IMG/VR virus record: IMGVR_UViG_3300049194_000060
Coordinates: 1-50,238 of that record
Length of the DNA stretch: 50,238 nt
Reading direction: 5' to 3' (one strand)
Source: a virus
Taxonomy: Duplodnaviria; Caudoviricetes
A program made the position numbers and the translations under genes. The notes under the pieces were generated by a model. That model saw only the letters and a program-made list of their open reading frames with translations, was not told where the DNA came from and searched no databases. Shown here one piece after another: positions 19,166 through 27,624 of this stretch (the first letter of the stretch is position 1; every line of letters starts with the position of its first letter).

Positions 19166-22100
19166 ATGGCTAACGTACTAGATGGTCTGTTTGGCGGGGT
19201 GCGCCGGATTCTCAAAGACGGCACGGAGCAACCCTTTCACCCGGTTTTGAATCTCAAGGGTGAATGGGTTGTGGCGGAGGGTACCGACGGAGACGGGAAC
19301 CCCACGGTAGAGCTCACACCACCGGCCGGGGCAGTCACCACCACCACTAGCCTCGCGTTTACGCAACCGGCGGTTAACAGCAACGTGGCCGTCACGTTCG
19401 GCTCTACCGCCGGCATGGCCGCAGGGGCGGTCCTGTATATCGAGGATGGCGGTTACTACCAGATCGTCAGCATCGCAGACGCGACGCACGCGACACTGAA
19501 AAACCTTGGCTACACCGGTAACGCGGCGCCAGCGGCCACTGTTCCGTCTGGCGGAGATGTGATTCCAGGCGGCGTGCAAGGCCCTGCTGGTGCTTCTGGC
19601 GTGGTCGGTAACGCGCAACCCTCACTCCGGATCTTCACGGTGGACGGAGTTCAGAACATCGCGAGCAACGCGGAAAAGAACCTGACGGATTACCCGTACA
19701 ACGCAAAAGCGTCTGTTCAGGTCACGACTGGCACGGGTGTGTCCGGCTCGCCAGTAGTCACGCTCGCGAGCGCGATTGACTTTGCCAATCGTGACGGCAT
19801 CTTTTTGTCGAATGCCGGCCCTGCCGTCGATCTGATCACACCAGCGGCGCCTGTCGCCAGCGTTCGCGGCACGGCCGGCGCAACGCTCCGCACCTACTAC
19901 TGTGTCGGCATGTCCGCCATGTACGGCACCCCGATCGGTTCTGCCGGCGTTGCGGTAGCGAACACTAACGCGACGCTAAGCGAAACGGATTACGTTCGGA
20001 TCACGCCGCCCATGCTGGCGTTCGTAGACGGCTACGTGCGCAGCAACGTACCGAACTTGGCGGCGTTTCCTGTCGCGCAGACTAATCGCACATACATCGC
20101 AACAGATCGCGTGGTTCTGATCGGGCAAACGAACCCCGCCGAGAACGGGATCTATACGGTCGGCGCTGTTGGAGCAGGTACCGCAGCACTCACACGTGCT
20201 AGCGACTTCGACTCGGCCGCCGAGGTTACAGCCGCGTCCGGTTTCTTCATTCCAGTGCGTTCGGCAAAGTCGTACGGCTCGGGCTTCGCGGGCGGCCCGC
20301 GCATGTTGCAGGTCACTAGCGGCACGGTAACCACGCTCGGCGCCGACCCGATCACGTTCTCCGAAAGCGTCGAGTGGATCCTTATCTACGCGCTCGACTC
20401 GCGCACGGCCGGGCTCAAAAAGATCATTGGCTCGATCTGCACACGTACGACTTGGTACACCGAACCAGCAGCTCCGGTGTTCTGTTTCGACGACACCGGC
20501 GCGACGTTCCCGGGCGTAGATAACTTCATCCCGAACACACTCCCCACAGCGGCCATGCGGGAGTCTATCGTGGCGCGCATCATTGCGGGCGCGGGCACGA
20601 CCTCGATCACGCTAGATCGAAACGTCTCGGCGACGGGCGGATACTACATCAGGCACGATAACAGCCTCGCGATCCAAGAGGCCTTCGACGCGGCGAGCGC
20701 GAACGGTTCGAGTGTCGGCGGGCGTTTCCTTCTGCCGAGTAACACCGCCAGCTATTGCTGCTATGCGACGATCGAGTGCGACAAGCAGCACAACGTGCGC
20801 GGCGACGGTCCGAACAACTCTGTAATCGGTTTCGGCCCGGGCAAAGGTCTGCGAATCCGCGGTGCCACTGTCAGCCGGTACGGTAGTGCCGGCACTGACG
20901 CCACGTTCTCCCGCGTCGGCTTCGTAGGCTTGAATACCTGTCTACCAGCCGGCGGAGACTTCGTTGCGCCGCCATACGACGGACATGGCGGCACGTACGA
21001 CGGCGCGACGCAGCTCTACACGGGCGGTGCTTACACGGACACGCGCAGGCTTAGCTACGTCAAGGGCGCAATGGTAATGCTGCAGACGCGCGCCAGGCTC
21101 GAACAGGTGCGAGTCTCGATCTGTCGCGGCAACGCTGTCGTGGTGTCGGGCACGAGCGACGACGACGGAACCAATGCGAACGACTTCGCTTTTAACACGT
21201 TGCGCATCAGCTCGGCAACTGACGGACACGGCGTAGTAGTCACGGGCTACGACGCAAGCGCGGGGCGCTGTCATGATGTGTTAGTGACCGGCGCGGATCA
21301 GGCCGGTATCTGGGATGACGGCTTTACCGGCTCTTACTGGACGTTTCCGCACACCGAATCGTGCTACCTAGCAGGTTGTTGCAGCTCGCAGGCGAGTACG
21401 TCAGCGTTTTTCGGTGGGTATCTCGAGGGTGGCATGCTGGCGTTTCGCCTACGTACGGGTGCGACGTGGATCGGCGGAAACCCGGGCACGCTGGTAGATA
21501 GTAACGGCGGATACGTCTCGGTCGGCGGCACGCTTCGCCCTGGAGTTATCTACAGCGTCGGCACCACACCGAATCGCGTATACCGCAAGTTTGGCGAAAC
21601 GAGTGTCAGCTCAGATATTATCGGGCGGACATACACGGAGTCACCCTATGCGACTTTCGGGCTGTTCGAGCGCTGGAACGCTCTTTCTACGGTACGATCA
21701 TTCGAGTGGTATTTCGATATCTCGGCCTATGTCTCGTACCGGATCGCCGCCACTTCAGCCAAGATCTACGGCGGTGTCTGGACGCCGCGCGGCATCCTGC
21801 AAGGTCCCGAAGATACAGCGCGACGCGCCTGGCGCGCCGTGAATGGCGTTCCGGGCACGACGCTAAACCATACCTACGAGCCCGGAGACTTCCTCGTAGA
21901 CATTAACACTGGTCGGCAGATCCAAGTGCGCGCGCGCTGCGTCTCGTCTAACGAGGTTTGGGCAGCCGCGACGGGCTACCGCGTTGGTACGGTGCTTGTG
22001 CCGACCAGCAACAACGCACTTAACCGCGGCTTCGTTTGCACGGTCAACGGCACGTCTGGCGGCGCGCAACCTAACTGGGATGCGGTTGCGGATAACGGCA

Positions 22101-22489
22101 CGGTAACGGACGGCGGCGCCACCTGGATGGCCTGGGGCACGACCGGCAGTGCCGTCCCGAACTTTGATCTGCCGCTTGAAGCGAAGAACGGGCCGAACCT
22201 CGTAGACACTAACCCGACACTACAGATCGGAAACGGCGCTCGCTACTGCCGGCGCGCGGGTGTGCAAACCGCACCGCGGACCGCAACGCTCGGCGTGACG
22301 GGAGTCGAAGACGGCGACATGATGATTATCGAGTGCGAGGCGCACGCTACGCACACGCTCGCGTTCGTAGATGGCGGCTCTAGCGGTCTCACGCTGTACA
22401 CGGTACCGGCCGCGCGCGCGGAGGTAGTCAGTTTTCGTTACGACCTAGCCGCTACACAGTGGAAGTTCGCCGGGAAGGTGCGTGCGTAA
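19166..22489 (+). CDS. Large tail fibre/tailspike (receptor-binding, possible depolymerase)
   Basis: About 1107 aa, Gly/Thr-rich; DRVVLIGQTNPAENGIY fibre domain, pectate-lyase-like DNSLAIQEAFDAA, carbohydrate-binding-like WAAATGYRVG...TDGGATW. Confidence 0.78.
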   Translation: MANVLDGLFGGVRRILKDGTEQPFHPVLNLKGEWVVAEGTDGDGNPTVELTPPAGAVTTTTSLAFTQPAVNSNVAVTFGSTAGMAAGAVLYIEDGGYYQIVSIADATHATLKNLGYTGNAAPAATVPSGGDVIPGGVQGPAGASGVVGNAQPSLRIFTVDGVQNIASNAEKNLTDYPYNAKASVQVTTGTGVSGSPVVTLASAIDFANRDGIFLSNAGPAVDLITPAAPVASVRGTAGATLRTYYCVGMSAMYGTPIGSAGVAVANTNATLSETDYVRITPPMLAFVDGYVRSNVPNLAAFPVAQTNRTYIATDRVVLIGQTNPAENGIYTVGAVGAGTAALTRASDFDSAAEVTAASGFFIPVRSAKSYGSGFAGGPRMLQVTSGTVTTLGADPITFSESVEWILIYALDSRTAGLKKIIGSICTRTTWYTEPAAPVFCFDDTGATFPGVDNFIPNTLPTAAMRESIVARIIAGAGTTSITLDRNVSATGGYYIRHDNSLAIQEAFDAASANGSSVGGRFLLPSNTASYCCYATIECDKQHNVRGDGPNNSVIGFGPGKGLRIRGATVSRYGSAGTDATFSRVGFVGLNTCLPAGGDFVAPPYDGHGGTYDGATQLYTGGAYTDTRRLSYVKGAMVMLQTRARLEQVRVSICRGNAVVVSGTSDDDGTNANDFAFNTLRISSATDGHGVVVTGYDASAGRCHDVLVTGADQAGIWDDGFTGSYWTFPHTESCYLAGCCSSQASTSAFFGGYLEGGMLAFRLRTGATWIGGNPGTLVDSNGGYVSVGGTLRPGVIYSVGTTPNRVYRKFGETSVSSDIIGRTYTESPYATFGLFERWNALSTVRSFEWYFDISAYVSYRIAATSAKIYGGVWTPRGILQGPEDTARRAWRAVNGVPGTTLNHTYEPGDFLVDINTGRQIQVRARCVSSNEVWAAATGYRVGTVLVPTSNNALNRGFVCTVNGTSGGAQPNWDAVADNGTVTDGGATWMAWGTTGSAVPNFDLPLEAKNGPNLVDTNPTLQIGNGARYCRRAGVQTAPRTATLGVTGVEDGDMMIIECEAHATHTLAFVDGGSSGLTLYTVPAARAEVVSFRYDLAATQWKFAGKVRA

Positions 22490-23202
22490 TGAGGTTTGGA
22501 CTCGGCATCGGACTAGGCTTGTTGTCGCGCGGCCCCACCGCGCCACCTGTGAATCCAGTAACGAGCGGCTTGGTTCTCGAGCTCGATTCGTCGGACACCT
22601 ATCTAACCTACGACGGGTCTAACAGAATCTCGGCCTGGAACGACAAGAGCGGCGCGGGTAACCACGGCGCTAGTGCGGCCGGTCTTCCGCTTCGGGTGCC
22701 GAACGCGCTCGACGGCAAGACCGCCGTTCGTTTTGACGCCGCGAGCACGCGAATCAGTAGGGCTACGCTGGTAGGCGGCGCGCGGGGTGTCGCAAGCACG
22801 GTTGTGCTTGTGCTAAAGAAAACGACCAACACGGGGGCTCAGGTGCTGTGCTCTGACGTGTCCACGGGCCTGGCCTACGTCGTGCGCACCGACACCCTCA
22901 ACTGGGGGATTCAGCAGGGCACGCAGCGCAACGAGGCGGGAAACACTGCGAACACGTCCCCGCATATCGTGATCGCCACCTTCGACACAACCGACACGCT
23001 GCACGTAGATGACATGACAACCCCGTTGATTAGTGCCGATGCCGGCACCAATACCGGCAACGGCTGGATCCTCGGGAGGGCGTCCGTGGGCGGCATCTTC
23101 GACTGCTTCGCACACCTGATCTACGACCGCGCGATCTCGGCCGGCGAGCGCGCAGCCCTAAAAACATACTTGCGGCAGGTTTATCCCAGCCTGCCCGCCT
23201 AG
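22489..23202 (+). CDS. LamG/lectin-like virion-associated protein
   Basis: ISAWNDKSGAGNH and LIYDRAISAGERAALKTYL motifs typical of phage LamG-like domains. Confidence 0.65.
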   Translation: MRFGLGIGLGLLSRGPTAPPVNPVTSGLVLELDSSDTYLTYDGSNRISAWNDKSGAGNHGASAAGLPLRVPNALDGKTAVRFDAASTRISRATLVGGARGVASTVVLVLKKTTNTGAQVLCSDVSTGLAYVVRTDTLNWGIQQGTQRNEAGNTANTSPHIVIATFDTTDTLHVDDMTTPLISADAGTNTGNGWILGRASVGGIFDCFAHLIYDRAISAGERAALKTYLRQVYPSLPA

Positions 23203-23218
23203 GCGCTAGGATCGTTTC

Positions 23219-23482
23219 ATGGCTCGGGCGCCGGTTTCAGACTCACAGCACGTCGGATACGACCTAAAACAATTCGCGGCCGGCGGGCCGTACAACCTTG
23301 TCGCCGAGGGTGAAACCGGCTGCTGTGCGCGGAAGATTGTCATGCTGGCTGCAGGTAATCTGTCGTCGTGCATCAACGCGAGCGGGACCGACCGGCCGCA
23401 AACCGGTCTATCGGCCGGCGATGTGATCGAGGCTGATATTCAGAGTGTCACCAGCACCGCGGCATTCCGGGCCTACTGGTAG
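23219..23482 (+). CDS. Small hypothetical (possibly virion) protein
   Basis: ORF preceded by GCGC-TAGGAT-N6-ATG. Confidence 0.6.
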   Translation: MARAPVSDSQHVGYDLKQFAAGGPYNLVAEGETGCCARKIVMLAAGNLSSCINASGTDRPQTGLSAGDVIEADIQSVTSTAAFRAYW

Positions 23483-23492
23483 CCCGGGCAGC

Positions 23493-23789
23493 CTAGCTTT
23501 TGCATGCCTTAGCCGCCGCGCGGCGCTGAGCTTCGAGCTCCTTCAAAGCACGCATCGCATCCTCAAGGTAGAGGCGCAGCCGGGCGCATTCGTCCGCCAT
23601 CGCTTGGCTCTCCCGCTTCTTCGCGCAGATGGGTTTGGCCTCGGCCATCACCTCCTCGATACGTGCCCCGGCCTCCCGGATCTCTTGCTCCAAGCGGCGC
23701 GCCGCGGTGCACGCCTCCGGCTCCGAAGGCTCCCCAACTGCAGGCCCAGCGAGGAGTAGCACTGCAAACGTGAATGCGATCCCTCTCAT
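23493..23789 (-). CDS. Small secreted Cys-containing helical protein next to attP
   Basis: Signal peptide MRGIAFTFAVLLLAGPAVG, four Cys; TG-n-TAGACT box 7 nt upstream of the ATG. Confidence 0.65.
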   Translation of the reverse strand: MRGIAFTFAVLLLAGPAVGEPSEPEACTAARRLEQEIREAGARIEEVMAEAKPICAKKRESQAMADECARLRLYLEDAMRALKELEAQRRAAAKACKS

Positions 23790-23828
23790 ACCTGCAAGTC
23801 TAACACGTTCCGTGGCGACGCGCCTTCT

Positions 23829-23845
23829 GTACCTCTGGCGTACCT
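23829..23845. promoter_or_regulatory. Putative integrase arm-type binding sites (left arm)
   Basis: GTACCT twice at an 11-bp period (23829, 23840), matching the pair at 24015/24026. Confidence 0.6.
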
Positions 23846-23903
23846 GCTGTGCTGCGTCTGACGCTACGCCGTGGCACCGCACGGACGATTTTCTCGATGT
23901 TTT

Positions 23904-23960
23904 TGGGGTGAGTAACGGGGATCGAACCCGCGACAACCGGAGCCACAATCCAGAGTTCTA
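23904..23960 (-). mobile_element. attP core: 3' part of a tRNA-His(GTG)
   Basis: Minus strand reads TAGAACTCTGGATTGTGGCTCCGGTTGTCGCGGGTTCGATCCCCGTTACTCACCCCA: anticodon arm with GTG, T-arm, C73 discriminator and CCA, but no 5' acceptor strand; directly downstream of int. Confidence 0.9.
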
Positions 23961-23997
23961 GTGGCTATTCCTCGGGTAATTCCGAGGTGTTAGCCAC
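23961..23997. repeat. Inverted repeat between int and the att core
   Basis: GTGGCTA/TAGCCAC outer stem and CTCGG/CCGAG inner stem. Confidence 0.6.
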
Positions 23998-24011
23998 AAC
24001 CGGCTAGCGCT

Positions 24012-24030
24012 GGTGTACCTCAGGTGTACC
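24012..24030. promoter_or_regulatory. Putative integrase arm-type binding sites (right arm)
   Basis: GGTGTACC twice at an 11-bp period, overlapping the int stop codon. Confidence 0.6.
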
Positions 24031-25099
24031 GTCGCGCTTCCTGCATGACCAATCTTCCCAGATCTTCCGGCTCCACGCGAGCGTAAACCAGCTCGGCCAT
24101 TCGGGCATCGGTGTGGCGGAGCATGGGGCCGATGAGGGCGGGGCTGACGCCTCGCGCGCGGAGAATCTTACCGTGGGAGCGGCGCAAGTCGCGGGGTGTG
24201 ACGCGAGGGAGGCCGGCGCGCTTACATGCGGCCGCCATGTCGCGCACCGCGTTACCCCATGGGGGGAAAGACCCGTGCGCCACCAGCCACGCCCGCGGCG
24301 CCTCCAGGAGCTCTCCGAAAAACGGCAACACTGGAATCTCGGCCCACCGTTTCGGATTCTTGGTGCCGCGAACCAGTACCGTACGGCTGCAATGCTTGGC
24401 GGTACCCAGATCCCATCGCTCTGCGCGTTCGACAGCACTCCAATCCGCGCCGGTGGCGACGATGTACGCGATCGTTGCGGCGCGCCCGGGGGCCCTCGGA
24501 AACTGCGCCATGAGCAGCCGCACCCCCTCCAACGGCAGCCACCGGTTCAGCGGCTCGTAGGTCCCGCTACCGCTGGCGGGCAGCACCGCTTCTAACGGCC
24601 GATGGTACCACCCGCGACGCAGAGCGAAGCGGAGGATATGCCGCAGGGTGCCGAGCTCCTTATCCACGGTGCGCGCCACCACGGTGCGACGCGCATGCTT
24701 GCCCACCGCCTCCTTCCGGCGCACGGCTATGTAGCGATCTACGGCGGCGGCATCCAGGTCCGCCAGTGGCAACTCGTCGCCCAAAAGTCGTGTGATGTGC
24801 CCGATGTGGTAGCCGTACATCTCCAGCGTTTTGGGGCTGGGCGGCCTGCGGCGATTGCTATCGGTGGGTGTAAACTCTAGCCACGTGGAGCAGACACTGG
24901 AAAGGGTAAGCTCACTCGCGGCAGCGTATGCCGGATCTTTGGCTTTTCGGTGGATACGCTGCGCAGCGAGTTCAGCCGCAACTGGGTCTCGCGTTTTGAG
25001 GCTGAAACGCTTGCCTTCGAATTGGATCCATGCGGTGCCATTGCGCCAGTAGACCCCGAGTTTCGATCGCTTTGCGCGCATGTGCCGGGGATCATGCAC
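24020..25099 (-). CDS. int: Tyrosine recombinase/integrase with a non-canonical active site
   Basis: Arm-binding N-terminus (FSLKTRDPVAAE), core-binding domain (RTVDKELGTLRHILRFA), RGTKN, TPRDLRRS and MLRH...LVY. Start may be ATG 25081. Confidence 0.92.
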   Translation of the reverse strand: MHDPRHMRAKRSKLGVYWRNGTAWIQFEGKRFSLKTRDPVAAELAAQRIHRKAKDPAYAAASELTLSSVCSTWLEFTPTDSNRRRPPSPKTLEMYGYHIGHITRLLGDELPLADLDAAAVDRYIAVRRKEAVGKHARRTVVARTVDKELGTLRHILRFALRRGWYHRPLEAVLPASGSGTYEPLNRWLPLEGVRLLMAQFPRAPGRAATIAYIVATGADWSAVERAERWDLGTAKHCSRTVLVRGTKNPKRWAEIPVLPFFGELLEAPRAWLVAHGSFPPWGNAVRDMAAACKRAGLPRVTPRDLRRSHGKILRARGVSPALIGPMLRHTDARMAELVYARVEPEDLGRLVMQEARRYT

Positions 25100-25254
25100 G
25101 TGGCGAGGTGCGCGGCAAGCGCATCAGCCGAAACGCGTAAAATCCGTCCCATCTTCAGCCGGGGAAGCTTTCGGATCAGCGCGAACGCAGCGCTCCTCGA
25201 GATCTGCAGCTTCGCCGCTACGTCCGCCGCGGTGAGCCACTCGGAGTCGCTCAT
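24877..25254 (-). CDS. xis: Excisionase/HTH_17 DNA-binding protein
   Basis: WLTAADVAAKLQISRSAAFALIRKLPRLKMGRILRV is a typical Xis HTH; ATGA-coupled to the upstream protease; overlaps the int 5' end. Confidence 0.82.
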   Translation of the reverse strand: MSDSEWLTAADVAAKLQISRSAAFALIRKLPRLKMGRILRVSADALAAHLATCMIPGTCAQSDRNSGSTGAMAPHGSNSKASVSASKRETQLRLNSLRSVSTEKPKIRHTLPRVSLPFPVSAPRG

Positions 25255-25874
25255 GGGATCGGCGCCACCTTGCTGTAGCCATCCAGACAATCGCCGTGCC
25301 CGAATGGCACCGAGCACCCCGACACGATACCCCACGCGGCGCCGTTGGTGTCCAATACCGGGCTGCCGCTCCACCCCTTGCGGATCGTGATACTGGTGGC
25401 GCGCCACCCAAGACCAAGATCACCGGTGACACGCCCCGAGGATCGCGCCCCGAAGTAGCTGCTCACCGAGCTAGCCAGCGCCATGCTCATTGGCGGCGCC
25501 GCCACGGCCAGCGGCACGAGATCCCCAGTCTCCTCTGGGCGTAGCAGCGCCTGATCCATCCCCTCTGACACCATCACTACTTCGGCGTGGCTGAACCCCC
25601 AGCCGGAAGGAGGGATGTAGGCCACCGCGCCCCCGGGACTCACGCCGTGTAAGCAGTGCGCCGCCGTGACCAGCAGCGTCTCACCCCCGCGTAGCACCGC
25701 GAATGCGTTGCAGTACGCATACCACTTCGGGGCCATGTCCTCGTAGGGGTCAGCTTTGGGCTCCACTATTGTCACCACACTGTAGCCTTGCGGCTCGTTT
25801 GCCCACGGCGATCCCGAGGGGGAGGGGGCACATGCTATGAACATTGCGGCCAGCGCCGCTGCTAATCGCGCCAT
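25251..25874 (-). CDS. Lipoprotein trypsin-like serine protease
   Basis: Lipobox FIAC; catalytic triad motifs VTAAHC, DQALL and KGWSGSPV. Confidence 0.85.
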   Translation of the reverse strand: MARLAAALAAMFIACAPSPSGSPWANEPQGYSVVTIVEPKADPYEDMAPKWYAYCNAFAVLRGGETLLVTAAHCLHGVSPGGAVAYIPPSGWGFSHAEVVMVSEGMDQALLRPEETGDLVPLAVAAPPMSMALASSVSSYFGARSSGRVTGDLGLGWRATSITIRKGWSGSPVLDTNGAAWGIVSGCSVPFGHGDCLDGYSKVAPIP

Positions 25875-25924
25875 ATTACTACGCTGGCCATGCGGCCTAG
25901 CATAATCAAGGCCTAGCAGGCGCG

Positions 25925-25940
25925 GTGCTATGCTTTTGCT
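25925..25940 (+). promoter_or_regulatory. Extended -10 promoter for the lysis genes, likely leaderless
   Basis: GTGC-TATGCT followed by 6 nt and then ATG 25941. Confidence 0.55.
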
Positions 25941-26621
25941 ATGACTTTGATACGCCCAGCGGTTTTAGAGGCCTGGCATAGGTTCTCGGAACCCCTCGAG
26001 GGGCGTGTTCACTCGATGTATCTGGACATTCTGGGTCTAGTGACCACGGGCGTGGGGAATCTTATAGATACCGAGGGGCAAGCCGCCGCGCTGCCGTGGA
26101 TCCACGAAGCCACCGGCGTACCCGCAACCCGCGCGGAGATTGTGGCGGCCTGGCGGGCCCTGAAGGGTTCCCAGCACCTAGCGAAGCTCCACTGGCGCTA
26201 CGCCGCGAAGCTCAACGATCTGCGACTCACGGATGCCGCGATCGATGCGCTGGTCGCCTCGAAGCTGCAGCAATTCGCAGAGCACATGCAGTCCCGCCAC
26301 TTCCGTGACTTTGCCGAATGGCCGGCGGACGCGCAGCTAGGAGCCCTCTCGATGGCCTGGGCTTGTGGCCCCGGGTTCCCGGTGAAGTTCCGAAACTTTG
26401 CGGCAGCTGCAGTGGCGCAGCGGTGGGTGGACGCCGGCGCGTGCTGCAAGATCCGTGAGATCGGAAACCCCGGCGTGGTGCCGCGTAACCGCGCTAACGA
26501 AAAGTGCTTCGCAAACGCCGCGATTGTCACCGAGCATGGCATGGATCGTGAGGAGCTCCACTGGCCTGCGATGCTACTGCCGCCGGTGGTGATTCGAGCG
26601 GGGGGCTCCGGCGATGCGTAG
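25941..26621 (+). CDS. Endolysin, lysozyme-like (GH24-type)
   Basis: E-x8-D-x5-T catalytic signature LEGRVHSMYLDILGLVTTGVGNL. Confidence 0.8.
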   Translation: MTLIRPAVLEAWHRFSEPLEGRVHSMYLDILGLVTTGVGNLIDTEGQAAALPWIHEATGVPATRAEIVAAWRALKGSQHLAKLHWRYAAKLNDLRLTDAAIDALVASKLQQFAEHMQSRHFRDFAEWPADAQLGALSMAWACGPGFPVKFRNFAAAAVAQRWVDAGACCKIREIGNPGVVPRNRANEKCFANAAIVTEHGMDREELHWPAMLLPPVVIRAGGSGDA

Positions 26622-26913
26622 CGATCCCGAAGCTTCGCGTGACACCATCCCCGCGCCGGCGCCCATCCCCGAGGAGACACCCCCGTGGGCGGTGTTTCTG
26701 ATTGGCGAGGTGCGGGAGCTCAAGGCTGCGCTGGTGGAGACCAGCGATCTGGTGATCCAACATACCGCGGAGATGCAAGGGCTCAGCACGCAGTGCAAGC
26801 GCCTGGAGCTCGCGGTGTTGTCGCTAGAGGGAAAGGCTATCACCGCTGACGAGCGCCTAAAGCCCCTGGAGGGTGTGGTGCTGCCGATCTTGAAGGAGGC
26901 CGCGAATGGGTAA
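26614..26913 (+). CDS. Coiled-coil hypothetical protein in the lysis cassette
   Basis: Overlaps both neighbouring genes; heptad pattern. Confidence 0.55.
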   Translation: MRSDPEASRDTIPAPAPIPEETPPWAVFLIGEVRELKAALVETSDLVIQHTAEMQGLSTQCKRLELAVLSLEGKAITADERLKPLEGVVLPILKEAANG

Positions 26914-27343
26914 CGAGCGAGGTTCGGCGCGAGCGCGCCAGGATTCCGCCGGCGAGGGGCTGTTGCTCGCCACGCTGCAGGGTGTGCAGGGCCAGCTGGT
27001 GGCCATGGATCAACGTTTCCAAGCTGGGATCGCCAGCCTCGAGGCCCGTGCGGATAAGACGGAGGAAGCCGTAGCGAAGATCACGGCCACCTGGAAAGAT
27101 CGGCTGGTTGAGAAGATCGGCGCCGTGCTGCTCGCGGCCCTCTCCACGTTCGCAGCCGTGCGCATCGCCACGCCGGCGCCAGAGCCGCAGCGCACCGTGA
27201 TTCAGCAGAGCGAGCTTCAGGTGAAAGCCGATCTCTGCTTCCGGCGCGCTAACGGCTCCGATGCCATCTATGTGCAGTGCATGGCTAACGATGTGGTGGC
27301 GCCCAATAGCCCCGGCGCCCGCGAAGTGGCCGAGACGCACTAG
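26906..27343 (+). CDS. Membrane protein in the lysis cassette (holin/spanin-like?)
   Basis: Coiled coil, one hydrophobic segment (IGAVLLAALSTFAAVRIA), two C-terminal Cys; AGGAGG RBS. Confidence 0.5.
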   Translation: MGNERGSARARQDSAGEGLLLATLQGVQGQLVAMDQRFQAGIASLEARADKTEEAVAKITATWKDRLVEKIGAVLLAALSTFAAVRIATPAPEPQRTVIQQSELQVKADLCFRRANGSDAIYVQCMANDVVAPNSPGAREVAETH

Positions 27344-27621
27344 CTGAGATTGCGCAGCCGCGCCGCGTCGCGCTTGCGCGCCCACACTTCTAGCTCATCC
27401 CGGTGCGCCGCTAGTAGCCGCCTCGCAGCCGCCACCGCATCGAACGGCTGCGCGTCCCCGGGGATGAGCTCCGCGCCGCAAAGCCCCAGGCTAGCAAGTT
27501 GCGGATCGAGGATGTAGACATGGCCGTCCGCCAGCGCAAGACACACCGTAGCCGGCCCGTCGAATACCTCGTTCAGGTAGCGCAACTCTCGCGTGAGGCC
27601 GCGTAGCGTCTTCGGCTTCAC
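27340..27621 (-). CDS. Hypothetical protein
   Basis: GAGGTGA RBS-like sequence before the GTG start; converges with the lysis operon. Confidence 0.55.
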   Translation of the reverse strand: MKPKTLRGLTRELRYLNEVFDGPATVCLALADGHVYILDPQLASLGLCGAELIPGDAQPFDAVAAARRLLAAHRDELEVWARKRDAARLRNLS

Positions 27622-27624
27622 GGC

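Noticed and set aside
19166-23482. Diversity-generating retroelement or invertible tail-fibre system
   Set aside because: No reverse transcriptase, no serine invertase and no template/variable repeat pair seen.
23904-23997. Complete functional tRNA-His gene
   Set aside because: No 5' strand complementary to the 3' acceptor strand and no D-arm 5' half; the GTGGCTA upstream belongs to a separate inverted repeat.
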